Positions 10,324 to 20,804 of a stretch of DNA of 41,744 nt are shown one piece after another (position 1 is the stretch's first letter; each line of letters begins with the position of its first letter). A model generated the notes under the pieces. That model saw only the letters and a program-made list of their open reading frames with translations, had not been told where the DNA came from and did not search any database. The position numbers and the translations under genes are program-made. Source of the stretch: a virus (Duplodnaviria; Heunggongvirae; Uroviricota; Caudoviricetes); IMG/VR virus record IMGVR_UViG_2563366971_000005; one strand, written 5' to 3'.

Positions 10324-12899
10324 CGACCGCTCCCTGATAACAGACCGCCATCACGCAACTGCAGCCGGAGTTCATCCTGTGCCCCCTTGCGGGCCATGTC
10401 ATACACCGCCTTCATCAGCTGCGACCCCGCCTGTCCGTTGATACCGTCGTTCTGAATCACCACGTGATTGTTCTGATTAAAATTAATGCCTTCGGCCCGC
10501 CGCATCTGCGCCGGACTTCCGGCAGCACCCACATACCCCCCTTCCGCATAGCCCCGCATCAGGCGGTACAGGTTCCCGACACCAATCCGGCTGGTTGCCT
10601 CCTTCGTGAAGACAAACTCCCCGCGGTGGACAATCCCCGCTGGCTCATATTTGCCACCGGTTCCCGTAAATCCCCCGGTCGCGAAATGGAAGTTCGCCGC
10701 CGCAGCCTGAATGGCCGTCCCCGTGGAGGCAGACGCACCACCACCGAAAGCACCGCCAATGGCGCTGCCGATACGCCCGACTATCCCCACCATCGCCTGC
10801 TTCAGAAAAATCTCTGTCAGCATGGACAGCACAGAACGGGTGAAGCTGCGCCAGTTCTGCTCACTGCCGGTCAGCATCGCTGCCATATTCTGTGCAATAC
10901 CGTCAAAGGTCTGCGTGGCCGCGCTTTTAACCTGCGAAAAACTGTCCGTCGCACTTTCCGCCCACTCTCCCCAGCCGGACTTCATCCCGGCCATCCAGCT
11001 TCCACGAAGCTGGTCTTCAGCCGCCCAGGTCTTTTTCTGCTCTGACATGACGTTATTCAGCGCCAGCGGATTATCGCCATACTGTTCCTTCAGGCGCTGT
11101 TCCGTGGCTTCCCGTTCTGCCTGCCGGTCAGTCAGCCCCCGGCTTTTCGCATCAATGGCGGCCCGTTTTGCCCGTTGCTGCTGTGCGAATTTATCCGCCT
11201 GCTGCGCCAGCGCGTTCAGGCGCTCCTGATACGTAACCTTGTCGCCAAGTGCAGCCAGCTGGCGTTTGTACTCCAGCGTCTCATCTTTATGCGCCAGCAG
11301 GGATTTCTCCTGTGCAGACAGCTGGCGACGTTGCGCCGCCTCCTCCAGTACCGCGAACTGACTCTCCGCCTTCCACAAATCCCGGCGCTGCTGGCTGATT
11401 TTCTCATTTGCTCCGGCATGCTTCTCCAGCGTCCGGAGTTCAGCCTGAAGCGTCAGCAGGGCAGCATGAGCACTGTCTTCCTGACGATCGCCCGCAGACA
11501 CCTTCACGCCGGACTGTTTCGGCTTTTTCAGCGTCGCTTCATAGTCCTTTTTCGCCGCCGCCATCAGCGTGTTGTAATCCGCCTGCAGGATTTTCCCGTC
11601 TTTCAGGGCCTTATTCAGCTCTTCCTGCCGGTCAGTATATTTCTCCAGTGGCGTCAGCAGACGCTCATACGCCTTCTGCGCCTCTCCGGTATACTTCAGC
11701 TGTGACGCCTCACGCTCAGCCCGGTCCCTTGCCGCCAGTTCACCGGCTTTTTCCATATCCGACTGCAGCGTGGCCGCTGCCAGACCCAGACGGGCATTTT
11801 CCCGGTCATCCCATGCCCCCTGAAGGTTCGCACGAAAAGAGGAGGTCTTTCCCCGGCGCTGGCTCCGGCTCTGGTACCACTGCCATTTTTTATCCGCCTC
11901 ATCAAATGCCTTCTGCGCACTGGCGAGCATATCCGCTGAGGATTCCGGACGACCGATATCCAGAATGGCATCCCACATCGATTTGAATGCCTTCCCTGTT
12001 TTATCCGCCCAGGTCTCCAGTGTTCCCATGTTTTCTTTCAGGCGACGGGTCTGCTCATCAAAGCCTTTCGTGGCGATATCGTTCGCCGCCTGTAAGGCTC
12101 CGGCCTCGTCTCCGGAACGCTGCAGTTGTGCAACATACGCAATCTGCTCTGCCGTCACGTTACGAAACTGGCGCGCCATCGCCATCAGTCCCGACGTCGG
12201 GTCAGTGGTCAGCTTCCCGAAGGCTTCAGCGACTTTATCCACCTCCACACCGGATGCAGACGCAAAACGCGCGACACTCTGGTTGATGGCATCAAACTGT
12301 TCACCACCACGCACACCGGCATTCACCAGGGCTGCCAGTGACTCTCTCGCCTGGTTAAACGTCAGCCCTGCTGCCTGCCCGGCTCTTGAGAGAGTCAGCA
12401 TACGATCGGCAGTCAGTCCGGACTGATTACCGGAAAGAACCAGGGTTTTATTAAACGCTGAAAGCGTGGAATCTCCCTGGTACCAGGCGTACACCAGCGC
12501 ACCTGTCGCCACCGCCAGCGAGGTGACCCCGACCATCGGCAGGGTGATCGCACCGGCAAGCCCCCTGAACATGGGGATCATCCCGCCGAAGGAGTCCTTC
12601 ACCTGACCGCCCTGTTGCAGCAGGATCAGCCAGGGATTCTGACCACCGGCAAGCTGCGTGGCGATATCCGTAAACTGTGCGGGCAGGGTTCGCATGGCCG
12701 CTTTATACTGCCCGACGGAAATCCCGGCTTTTTGTGCAGCCAGCGCCTGGCGGCTCAGGCCCTGTTCAACAGCACTGGCGGTTTTTCTGGCGTCGGTATC
12801 CAGACCTGAAAAATGACGCCTTACCCGGCTCATCTGCTCATCGAAACGGACAGCATCCAGACTAAGGTCAATAACAAGATCACCAACCGGCTGGGACAT
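10320..12899 (-). CDS. H: Tail tape measure protein H
   Basis: 859-aa ORF, N-terminus MSQPVGDLVIDLSLDAVRFDEQ... lambda gpH-like. Confidence 0.95.
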   Translation of the reverse strand: MSQPVGDLVIDLSLDAVRFDEQMSRVRRHFSGLDTDARKTASAVEQGLSRQALAAQKAGISVGQYKAAMRTLPAQFTDIATQLAGGQNPWLILLQQGGQVKDSFGGMIPMFRGLAGAITLPMVGVTSLAVATGALVYAWYQGDSTLSAFNKTLVLSGNQSGLTADRMLTLSRAGQAAGLTFNQARESLAALVNAGVRGGEQFDAINQSVARFASASGVEVDKVAEAFGKLTTDPTSGLMAMARQFRNVTAEQIAYVAQLQRSGDEAGALQAANDIATKGFDEQTRRLKENMGTLETWADKTGKAFKSMWDAILDIGRPESSADMLASAQKAFDEADKKWQWYQSRSQRRGKTSSFRANLQGAWDDRENARLGLAAATLQSDMEKAGELAARDRAEREASQLKYTGEAQKAYERLLTPLEKYTDRQEELNKALKDGKILQADYNTLMAAAKKDYEATLKKPKQSGVKVSAGDRQEDSAHAALLTLQAELRTLEKHAGANEKISQQRRDLWKAESQFAVLEEAAQRRQLSAQEKSLLAHKDETLEYKRQLAALGDKVTYQERLNALAQQADKFAQQQRAKRAAIDAKSRGLTDRQAEREATEQRLKEQYGDNPLALNNVMSEQKKTWAAEDQLRGSWMAGMKSGWGEWAESATDSFSQVKSAATQTFDGIAQNMAAMLTGSEQNWRSFTRSVLSMLTEIFLKQAMVGIVGRIGSAIGGAFGGGASASTGTAIQAAAANFHFATGGFTGTGGKYEPAGIVHRGEFVFTKEATSRIGVGNLYRLMRGYAEGGYVGAAGSPAQMRRAEGINFNQNNHVVIQNDGINGQAGSQLMKAVYDMARKGAQDELRLQLRDGGLLSGSGR

Positions 12900-13751
12900 A
12901 TCTCACACCTCCCGGAATCCCCGCTGAAGCCATCATTAATGCGGCATCATCCACCATGACATCCGCCACATCCGCAGACGATAAAATATCGCGCCCTCCG
13001 TCCCCACCGAACCGGACGCCTCCGGCAAGTCCTGCCGCTTTCTGCATCAGCATTTTGTCCTCATCCGGCCTCTCCACCTGCTCTTCCTCATGCCGGGGGA
13101 CAAGCAGACTGAAATCAGAGGGATGCATATCCGGATCGCAAAAAAACAGGCTGAGTACAGCGTACGTCAGCCCGGAAAAATGCATATCCAGCTGGGTATC
13201 CTGAAAATAATGCGTGCGGTAAAAACGGTGCCAGTCGGCATATTCGGTGGATGTCATCCCGGCAAGCATGGCGCGCCAGTCGGGTCTCCCCATCTCACGC
13301 GCCAGTCTGAGGGCAAAGTTCAGCTCGCCGTCGAAGACTTTCCCGCAGAAAAATCATCATCAGTCAGCGTGTTATTTTTCGCCACTTCAGTAATATCAGT
13401 ATCCGGACGAACAGCTTCGATCATCCCGGACAGGCACAACACCACGTCTTCCGCCCGGGCAATGGCATCGGCAGGCCAGGTAGTGAGCACTTCCTGCTCT
13501 ATCTTCATCACGGCCTCATTCATTGACGGTGACTGCGTTTTCTGTGGATGGTTATGCCACAGGGACATCGCCACCAGAAACGCGCCGGTTCTGACGAGAT
13601 CTTCCACACTTACCTGCAGGTTGCCGCTGGATTCTGCCTGTTCTGCACGCCGTTTCAGGAGGGCAAGATGCTCGATACGCTGCAGCGCAGACAATTCGGA
13701 AAGCGTGACAGACACACCGTTATATTCAAATTGTTCTGTTTTCAGAAACAT
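12880..13751 (-). CDS. T: Tail assembly chaperone G-T fusion made by -1 programmed frameshift (T part = ORF 12880..13293 frame)
   Basis: T-frame ORF is in the -1 frame relative to G and overlaps its 3' end; canonical slippery heptamer present. Confidence 0.8.
13320..13751 (-). CDS. G: Tail assembly chaperone G
   Basis: 143-aa ORF lambda gpG-like; ends ...SAGKSSTAS just after slippery site. Confidence 0.9.
   Translation of the reverse strand: MFLKTEQFEYNGVSVTLSELSALQRIEHLALLKRRAEQAESSGNLQVSVEDLVRTGAFLVAMSLWHNHPQKTQSPSMNEAVMKIEQEVLTTWPADAIARAEDVVLCLSGMIEAVRPDTDITEVAKNNTLTDDDFSAGKSSTAS
13338..13344 (-). other. Slippery heptamer G GGA AAG for -1 frameshift (G to G-T)
   Basis: + strand ctttccc at 13338..13344 = GGGAAAG on - strand, in zero frame G.GGA.AAG of gene G. 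Confidence 0.8.
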
Positions 13752-13764
13752 GTATTACCTCCGT

Positions 13765-14517
13765 TTACCCTGCAGCGCCCGCTTCAGTAACGGTGACTTC
13801 AGCCACTGCGGCGAACTGACCATTTCCGCTCACCACAGAGATCTGCACCTTACCTGTCGCCACGCCGTTTACCGTAATTGTCATATCTTTCACACTAATG
13901 GTGGCTTTCGACGGATCGGCGGAAACCGCTCTGAACGTCTTGTCGGTTGCACTTTCCGGCTCAAAAGAAACCGTCAGGGTGGTTGTTTTCCCTTTTGCCA
14001 CCGTACCGGATGTCGGCGTCACCTTAATCGCACTGACCGGCGTAATTTTGCTGCGTTCTTCCGCTACAGAAGGTTTACCCACGTTAGTGACTTTCACCGT
14101 GCGGGTGATCACTTCTTTCGCCGTCACGGCCTTACCGATACTGCTGACCCAGCCACGAAACACATCCACCGTGCCATTCGGAAAACGGATTTTATAGGCC
14201 CGGACATCGCCGCTTTCAAACCAGCCTATAAGCCCTTTCTGGCCTTCCTCTCCCGGTTTCCAGGCCAGCGTAAAACTGGTATCACCTGCAGATTTCTGTC
14301 CCTGCCCGGTCGCGGTCCAGTCCGCGTCTTCATCATCCAGGTAGTTATCATCGTAGGATTCTGCCGTCATCTCGCCCGGCGTCAGATCCTTCACCTTAGC
14401 CAGTCGCTGCCAGTCATCGTCTGACAACGGGTTTGCATAAGCATCACCCTTGCCGTTGTAAACCCACAGAGTGGTACCGGCACCTTTTACCGGCTCAAGG
14501 GGATTTGGTGTTGCCAT
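13765..14517 (-). CDS. V: Major tail protein V (with C-terminal Ig-like domain)
   Basis: 250-aa ORF lambda gpV-like. Confidence 0.95.
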   Translation of the reverse strand: MATPNPLEPVKGAGTTLWVYNGKGDAYANPLSDDDWQRLAKVKDLTPGEMTAESYDDNYLDDEDADWTATGQGQKSAGDTSFTLAWKPGEEGQKGLIGWFESGDVRAYKIRFPNGTVDVFRGWVSSIGKAVTAKEVITRTVKVTNVGKPSVAEERSKITPVSAIKVTPTSGTVAKGKTTTLTVSFEPESATDKTFRAVSADPSKATISVKDMTITVNGVATGKVQISVVSGNGQFAAVAEVTVTEAGAAG

Positions 14518-14524
14518 ATCGTCC

Positions 14525-14920
14525 TCACATCTCGTATGTAATGGAATAAGTCAGATCTGCAGAACTCCATAACGCCATATCGTCATCACGACGATACTCA
14601 TAGCCCTGCGTAACCATCGTGGTAATCAGTCCTGCCAGTGCCGGGATCGCGGTCATCGCCGGGTAAATCCGGCTTTCCATCCACTGATCAAGCTCTGAAT
14701 CCGGTACCTGTGCCGGTAAAAACACCTCAATATGCAGCGTGGCCCGCCAGGTATCTGCATCCAGCTCTTCACCGGTATACTCTGCATCCGTCAGATAAAC
14801 CGCGATCGCAGGAAAATCCTCTTCGTCAAAAACAACGGGGCGACCATCAAACAGCGTCGCCCCGTGTTCATGCTGCTCGAGTGCATCCAGCACTGCGGCA
14901 CGAATGTCAGTGTGTTTCAT
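14525..14920 (-). CDS. U: Tail terminator protein U
   Basis: 131-aa ORF lambda gpU-like; ATGA overlap with Z stop. Confidence 0.9.
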   Translation of the reverse strand: MKHTDIRAAVLDALEQHEHGATLFDGRPVVFDEEDFPAIAVYLTDAEYTGEELDADTWRATLHIEVFLPAQVPDSELDQWMESRIYPAMTAIPALAGLITTMVTQGYEYRRDDDMALWSSADLTYSITYEM

Positions 14921-15450
14921 CGTTTTATTGCAATCCTCAGTTGTTGTTTCAGCGCGGATGCCAGTTCTTTAGGCAGGCGTTCACGCCGGATACGGTCAAC
15001 ATTCTCATCAAATGCCTGTTTCAGTGGGGCCGCCATCGGGATTTTCACCACATCAATGGGGTAACGGTTTTTCCCGGCCACACGCTGCATGACATGCCAG
15101 CGACCATTTTTTAATCGCTGAATAAATGCCCGCTGATACCGATGCTGACCGGCTTTAAGTATGCTGTTCGGGCGACGCCCCAGCATCCTGATCCCCAGCT
15201 TAATCACAGGGAGATCACCGCGGTTAACGATAATTCTGGCATTCGGATTTCTGACCGTGGCCAGTTTCAGTCTGGACCGTTCCTTAACCAGTTTCCGGCG
15301 TACCTTTGTCTCCCGGGCAACCTGTGATGAAGACTGATTAATCGCCGTTGTGGCCACGCGGTTAATCGTCATTGCTGAAGCCGCCGGAATGGCGTTTTTA
15401 CGAACCCGGCTCAGATTGTCAATCGCCTGATCAAGCCCTTTTATCGCCAT
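14917..15450 (-). CDS. Z: Tail completion protein Z
   Basis: 177-aa ORF lambda gpZ-like (…NGRWHVMQRVAGKNRYPIDVVKIPMA…). Confidence 0.85.
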   Translation of the reverse strand: MAIKGLDQAIDNLSRVRKNAIPAASAMTINRVATTAINQSSSQVARETKVRRKLVKERSRLKLATVRNPNARIIVNRGDLPVIKLGIRMLGRRPNSILKAGQHRYQRAFIQRLKNGRWHVMQRVAGKNRYPIDVVKIPMAAPLKQAFDENVDRIRRERLPKELASALKQQLRIAIKR

Positions 15451-15465
15451 AATTTCACCCTGCGT

Positions 15466-15819
15466 TTATCGTCGCCGGTTAACTGCGGGTGGTTGACCAC
15501 GGTTGAGCCAGAGATAACAGCTGCCCCCGTCATCCGGAGAAACACGATCCACCCAGAACATCTCGCCGTTAATGGTCAGCGTGTCACCACGCCGCACGGC
15601 ACGCACCGTATCCGTCCGCACAAATAATGACGGGCTGCTTCCTTCAATACGGACCCCGCCACCGGCAAAACCCAGCGACTCCGGATCGTCAAAAACCCCC
15701 TGAACTTCGCCGCCACGTTGTGCTCCGGAGGTGAACTGCGCACAGAGCCCCATCACTTCAACGATCGTACTGTCCACCCCGGCGAGGGCAGCATCAAAGG
15801 CATTCTGAAAATCACGCAT
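15466..15819 (-). CDS. FII: Head-tail joining protein FII
   Basis: 117-aa ORF, lambda gpFII size and position. Confidence 0.85.
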   Translation of the reverse strand: MRDFQNAFDAALAGVDSTIVEVMGLCAQFTSGAQRGGEVQGVFDDPESLGFAGGGVRIEGSSPSLFVRTDTVRAVRRGDTLTINGEMFWVDRVSPDDGGSCYLWLNRGQPPAVNRRR

Positions 15820-16195
15820 ATTCAGCCGTTCCGTGCTGTATCATGTCCGTTGCCAGTGATGATGGCACCAGAACACGCATACCCCGTAACGCCAGCTCAA
15901 CGGGACGACCTGTCTCCGGGCAATACCCCATTACTTGCAGGCACTTCCGTCCCCGGACGGCTTTAACATCATCCGGAGCATCCGTGTTGTTCAACTGCTC
16001 ACCATCGTCTGTGTGATTTTGATCAGCCCCGCTCTCATCAGAGTGCATAATGCCCTCCGGGGAAACAGCAAGCTCCTCTTCCCACTCAGACACACGTTGA
16101 GCAATATCCGCAGCACTCCCCGACATATCCGCCTCGCGCCCCAGCAGGCCAGCCAGTTGACGAAGACGATTCAGATTTTCTTCTTTTGTTGCCAT
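15812..16195 (-). CDS. FI: DNA packaging protein FI
   Basis: Start placed at MATKEENL (ATG 16195) with AGGAGG 5 nt upstream; acidic protein in FI position; upstream extension to 16228 would run into the hairpin. Confidence 0.7.
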   Translation of the reverse strand: MATKEENLNRLRQLAGLLGREADMSGSAADIAQRVSEWEEELAVSPEGIMHSDESGADQNHTDDGEQLNNTDAPDDVKAVRGRKCLQVMGYCPETGRPVELALRGMRVLVPSSLATDMIQHGTAEYA

Positions 16196-16209
16196 CTCAG
16201 CCTCCTGTG

Positions 16210-16237
16210 AAAAAAGACACGGGGGCATTTCGCCCCC
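16210..16237 (-). terminator. Intrinsic terminator-like hairpin immediately downstream of major capsid gene E
   Basis: gggggc/gccccc stem with 5-nt loop, followed on - strand by 6 T. Confidence 0.5.
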
Positions 16238-16246
16238 ACTCCCGGA

Positions 16247-17275
16247 TTATTTCACCTGTACCACCACAAACTCATCCGGATCCAGCAGCACCATCAGCGG
16301 TGCGGACTGCGTCATGGTGAATTCACGGGCCGGATCGCCCACAGTCAGCCAGTGTTTCGGATAACGGGAAGAGGCCACCACACCTTCGGACAACGCCTGC
16401 GCATCCTGAATGGCACCATAGCAACGAATGCCCTCTGCTGCCGTATTCCCCAGGACCAGTGTGCCCTCCGGCAGATAACGTTTTTCGGTACCGTCCTCTG
16501 CCACATAAGACGTTTTCGCCACCACAATGGCCAGATCGCCGTAATACCCCTTGAAGGACACCACTGCGCCCAGATCTTTCACTGCCGTTTCGAGTTGTGA
16601 ATTTGAGCCGCGACGGGTATCCAGTTTTTCGCGGAACAGCTTAAAGCCATTCAGCAGACGCCAGACCGTACCGTCCATAATGGCGATATTCACAAGGCCG
16701 CTGGCCTGATCGCAGTAGAGGTCAATATCATGCGTCGGATCAAACGTATCACGGTCCTGCTCAGACCATTTTTTACCGTCAGCCTGCTCAATGTTATTTC
16801 CTTCAGAGCGCCCGAAATCCACCTCGACAGTATCAAACTGATCCCCTTCCATGGTGTATTTGCCATACAGCACGGCATTCACCGCCTGCATTTCTTCCAC
16901 CTGGACAATGGCGTGCTCTTCCTGTTTGAGGTTATCGGTAATGATACGCAGACGACGGTAGGCTGGGTCGTTCAGCTGAGCCGGATCTTCACCAGGAAGG
17001 CGCTCAACCGCCTGCTGGTAATTAAATTCGTGTTTGGGCTTGACGTAGCCCGGACGTAACACGCGGGTTTCACCACCGCGATGGCGAAGCACTTTTCCTT
17101 CAACGATCGGGGAGACATAGGCCGCCACCGGCGTTTTTCCGGTAATTTTGTCCAGCATCACCTCTTCGGTGTGGAAATTCACCGTACGGCGGAAAAACAG
17201 CTCCAGAAACAGCGCACGGAATTTAACTTTTTGTTCGGTATAACCGAGTAACTGGCGGGTCGTAAACAATCCCAT
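16247..17275 (-). CDS. E: Major capsid protein E
   Basis: 342-aa ORF, strong match to lambda gpE along the length. Confidence 0.95.
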   Translation of the reverse strand: MGLFTTRQLLGYTEQKVKFRALFLELFFRRTVNFHTEEVMLDKITGKTPVAAYVSPIVEGKVLRHRGGETRVLRPGYVKPKHEFNYQQAVERLPGEDPAQLNDPAYRRLRIITDNLKQEEHAIVQVEEMQAVNAVLYGKYTMEGDQFDTVEVDFGRSEGNNIEQADGKKWSEQDRDTFDPTHDIDLYCDQASGLVNIAIMDGTVWRLLNGFKLFREKLDTRRGSNSQLETAVKDLGAVVSFKGYYGDLAIVVAKTSYVAEDGTEKRYLPEGTLVLGNTAAEGIRCYGAIQDAQALSEGVVASSRYPKHWLTVGDPAREFTMTQSAPLMVLLDPDEFVVVQVK

Positions 17276-17332
17276 AAATCAGTTCCTTTCATTCAGAAAT
17301 CAGTCAGGCCACCATGGTGGCCTGATAACGTG

Positions 17333-17680
17333 TTACGGCAGAGCCGCGTGACTCAGGGCTGTACCGGCAAAGGCATTTGCCTTTTTGTGTTCATCCACAC
17401 TGTCAGGCCAGCGGATTGCCTCCGTCGCAAAGGTCCCCGACTTGTAATAGGTCAGCACCGTCTCTGTGCCTTCAAGCGGCAGTACCAGTATGCCAACCGC
17501 ACTACCGGCTTTCTGTCCATCCCAGACAACCAGTTTCCCGCTGGCTTCATCCAGCATCAGGGGCGTCAGTGCCGGTGTTGCCTGAGAAATCCCGCTGCTG
17601 CCTGTGGCGGTATGAGCCGGATCATTACCGGCAAAAATACGTACTTCTGCACGTTGTTCAGTGATGGTTTTCGTTACCAT
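17333..17680 (-). CDS. D: Head decoration protein D
   Basis: 115-aa ORF lambda gpD-like. Confidence 0.9.
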   Translation of the reverse strand: MVTKTITEQRAEVRIFAGNDPAHTATGSSGISQATPALTPLMLDEASGKLVVWDGQKAGSAVGILVLPLEGTETVLTYYKSGTFATEAIRWPDSVDEHKKANAFAGTALSHAALP

Positions 17681-17716
17681 ATTGTAAAAACCTCATATTG
17701 ATGGTCAGCACTGACT

Positions 17717-19222
17717 TCATGGCATGGCCATGAGCATTTTCACGTCCGCATCACCGTCTGCTGACGTCTGTGACACGCCACCCCGCACCGCTGCCGGTGA
17801 ATGATTCGCCATGAAATGTTCAAACAGGGCGGTTGTGGATGCAGAGACCGGTTCTGCTTTATCCGGCGATGAGGACAGAATGTCGCGGGCAGCCTCCACC
17901 GTCATTCCGGGAAACGCCGCCAGTTTTTCAGCCTGCGCCTCAGCCCCTTTTGCCTCATCCAGAGCCATGATCTGATCACGGAGTGAGGGTCCGGCATCCG
18001 CCAGTGGTGCAGCCGCCAGGATCGGGCGGGCTTTTTCCACCGTCATCTCCGGCATCGCCGCCAGCGTTGCCGCCAGTTGTTCACGACCTTTAGCCTCTTC
18101 ACACGCCATAATGCGATCGGCTTCACTCTGCGTGGATGCCACCGGCTGCTGTGGTGCTGCCGCGGTCAGAATCGCCCGGGCCTGTTCAACGCTCATGCCC
18201 TGTTGTCCTGCCAGCATCGTGGCAAGGTGTTCACGTCCTTTCGCTTCCTGACACGTCAGGATCCCCATCACTCGCTGGTTCTCCTGCGCGGCAGCTTCCG
18301 TTGCAGTTAATTGCGGCATAGTGCCTCCTGTATCATGTGTGTTCAGCGCCGCAGCCATCACGCTGATGGCATCCGACGCATTGATTAATTCATCCGCCAG
18401 CCCGGCCTCAATGCCGGACTGACCTTCAAAAACGGCGGCCTCTGTTCCCGTGACTGCATCAACAGACAGACCGGTATACATCGCCACTTTTTCGGCAAAC
18501 ATCCGGCGCGCCGCATCAATCCGCTGCTGCATGTCCTGGCGAACCTCTTCCGGCAACGCTTCAAACTGATTGCCATCCACCTTGTGCGCCCCTGAGTAAA
18601 TCAGCGTGATATCCACACCGGCCTGCGCCAGATGACCGGCATAGCTGACATGGCTCATCATCACGCCAATGGAGCCGATACGGGATGTCTGGGTAACCAG
18701 CCGTCGGGAGCAGGCCGACGCCAGCAGCATGGCTGCAGAACAGGCCGTGTCATTGCACAGTGCCCAGACCGGCTTCTGCTGACGGAGTCGGTAAATCATG
18801 TCAGCACAGTCAAACGCACCGGCGGCCTGCCCGCCCGGACTGTCAATGTCCAGCAGTACACCCCGCACCTGGCTATCCGCCATTGCCTGCTGAAGACAGG
18901 CGACAATGCCGTCATAGCCTGTCATTCCGGAAAATGGCCGCATACCCCCCAGCCGGTGCACCAGCGTGCCTGTCACCGGCAGTACAGCAATACCGTTCAC
19001 CACCCGGTAAACACGGGCCGGTCGTTTACCTCCGGCCATGTACTCGTCCGTTTCAGCCAGCATTCCGGGAGCATCAAGCTGTACCTGCTGTTGTGGTACC
19101 GAAAGACTTGCTGCCCCCATCTCGCGCCCGAGCGCGCAAAAGAAAACCCGCGCATAGGCGGGCTCCAGAAGCAGCGGTTCATTGAATGCTGCTGCAATAA
19201 TGTGTGAAAGATTACGTCTCAC
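17717..19222 (-). CDS. C: Head maturation protease C (S49/ClpP-like) with nested scaffold (Nu3-like) C-terminal region
   Basis: 501-aa ORF lambda gpC-like; C-terminal third has three tandem ~47-50-aa repeats. Confidence 0.9.
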   Translation of the reverse strand: MRRNLSHIIAAAFNEPLLLEPAYARVFFCALGREMGAASLSVPQQQVQLDAPGMLAETDEYMAGGKRPARVYRVVNGIAVLPVTGTLVHRLGGMRPFSGMTGYDGIVACLQQAMADSQVRGVLLDIDSPGGQAAGAFDCADMIYRLRQQKPVWALCNDTACSAAMLLASACSRRLVTQTSRIGSIGVMMSHVSYAGHLAQAGVDITLIYSGAHKVDGNQFEALPEEVRQDMQQRIDAARRMFAEKVAMYTGLSVDAVTGTEAAVFEGQSGIEAGLADELINASDAISVMAAALNTHDTGGTMPQLTATEAAAQENQRVMGILTCQEAKGREHLATMLAGQQGMSVEQARAILTAAAPQQPVASTQSEADRIMACEEAKGREQLAATLAAMPEMTVEKARPILAAAPLADAGPSLRDQIMALDEAKGAEAQAEKLAAFPGMTVEAARDILSSSPDKAEPVSASTTALFEHFMANHSPAAVRGGVSQTSADGDADVKMLMAMP

Positions 19223-20804
19223 GTGGTGTTGTCTCCTCTTCCGGCCTGCGACTCTCCGCTATCTGCTGCTGATACGCCTGCGCTATCCACACCGGACGTG
19301 AGAGTCCGGCTTTTTCCCGCTCTGCAGATTCCCTGACCTGCTGGCGGAAAATGTCCTGATAATCCTCGCCCATCAGCGCCAGCTCTTTCTCATACGTGCT
19401 CAGTCCGGAATCAATACGCATCACCGATTCCTGAACCTCCTTGAGCCCGTCAATGGCCATTCTTCCGGCACCAATCCACTCAGCCCGTGACCAGGCTGAA
19501 CGCGCCTGATAAAAATCAAAACGTGCCCGTGGCGGACGAATAATCCCCCGAAGAAGTGCCTCTTCCAGCCAGCAGGAAAACATCTGCGTGGCCAGCCGGG
19601 ACGCAATAAATTTTCGTCGTCCCATAAAATAGCGCCACGACTCATTGGCGGAGGCGCGGGCACTTGAATAACTGACCTTCGAGTAATCACGGGACAACTG
19701 TTCGTAGGAAACACCAAGACCGGCGGCGATATACCGCAGCAGCGCCTGTTCAAGCGCCGAAAATCCATTGTCTGAATCCTGCGCGGTCTGCAGTTTCAGA
19801 TCATCACCAGGGAAAAGGTGCGGAATTTTGACACCGCCCAGCGTCACGTTATTCGTGTCATACCAGCTGGAGAACTTCTCCAGAATATTAATAAGCGGAT
19901 TATCCTTCTGCCCCTGCGGCGCACCGGCGATATATTCAAAGGCCTTTTCGGTATCCAGTTCACTTTCAATTGTCGCTGCATACATCGCCTTGACAATGGC
20001 CGACTGAAGCTGTGTTGCCTGCAGGGAATCGAGCATCTTCAGCCGTTCCATGACGCTGTAAAACTGGTTGGCCCCACGGGTCTGCCCGTCCTCCACCGGC
20101 TCGAAAATATGCAGCATGGCCGGACGCCCGGTGGGAAGTTCACGCGGGATCCGTTCCCATCGTCCACTCCCGGAGCGAGGAAAATCATCCTCACAGATAT
20201 GGTACGCAACGGCACGACCATATCGATCGACCTCCACCCCGGCCCGCAGAAAACGGTTCCCGATACCATGTCCTGGCGTGTCCACCCGTTTCGGACTCAC
20301 GGCTTTAAAACGCGTACGAAACAGTTGCGTGCTCTCCGTATCCCAGACCGGCTGCACAAAGATTTCGCCGTTAAACGCATGAACGCCCACACCTTCACGG
20401 ATAAATTCCGTAAACGTGCGTTTCCCTTCCACGTCGATCTCACCAAACATCCCTTCTGCGTATTCTGACCAGGCCGCCTCCACCTCATCGACAAAACTTT
20501 TTGTCGCGGTCTCCCGCATCCCCAGCCAGCGCCAGTTCGGGCGGTAGCTGATAAGAAACATATGCCCGACAATGTGATCCTTATGCAGGGCCACCGCATT
20601 GGCCGCTATCCCGTTATTGCGCACCAGATCATCTGCCCGGGCATTCCCCAGACGCAACGCGGGCAGCAGGGCCGCATCGGCACTCTGCGCCGGTGGCAAC
20701 CACTCCGCCATTTGCCCGCCAAATCCTGCGCCGCCCCCGTTGTAGCTGAGGCTCTCCCGAAGCGGAACGCCGTTCACATCAATCAGGACAGGCGTTCGTT
20801 TCAT
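19212..20804 (-). CDS. B: Portal protein B
   Basis: 530-aa ORF lambda gpB-like. Confidence 0.95.
   Translation of the reverse strand: MKRTPVLIDVNGVPLRESLSYNGGGAGFGGQMAEWLPPAQSADAALLPALRLGNARADDLVRNNGIAANAVALHKDHIVGHMFLISYRPNWRWLGMRETATKSFVDEVEAAWSEYAEGMFGEIDVEGKRTFTEFIREGVGVHAFNGEIFVQPVWDTESTQLFRTRFKAVSPKRVDTPGHGIGNRFLRAGVEVDRYGRAVAYHICEDDFPRSGSGRWERIPRELPTGRPAMLHIFEPVEDGQTRGANQFYSVMERLKMLDSLQATQLQSAIVKAMYAATIESELDTEKAFEYIAGAPQGQKDNPLINILEKFSSWYDTNNVTLGGVKIPHLFPGDDLKLQTAQDSDNGFSALEQALLRYIAAGLGVSYEQLSRDYSKVSYSSARASANESWRYFMGRRKFIASRLATQMFSCWLEEALLRGIIRPPRARFDFYQARSAWSRAEWIGAGRMAIDGLKEVQESVMRIDSGLSTYEKELALMGEDYQDIFRQQVRESAEREKAGLSRPVWIAQAYQQQIAESRRPEEETTPRET

Noticed and set aside
10464-12426. 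Multiple + strand ORFs of 150-190 aa inside H
   Set aside because: Antisense to the tape measure gene; no start context
13090-14424. 444-aa + strand ORF
   Set aside because: Antisense to G and V, which are strongly supported
18632-19207. + strand ORFs inside C
   Set aside because: Antisense to the protease/scaffold gene
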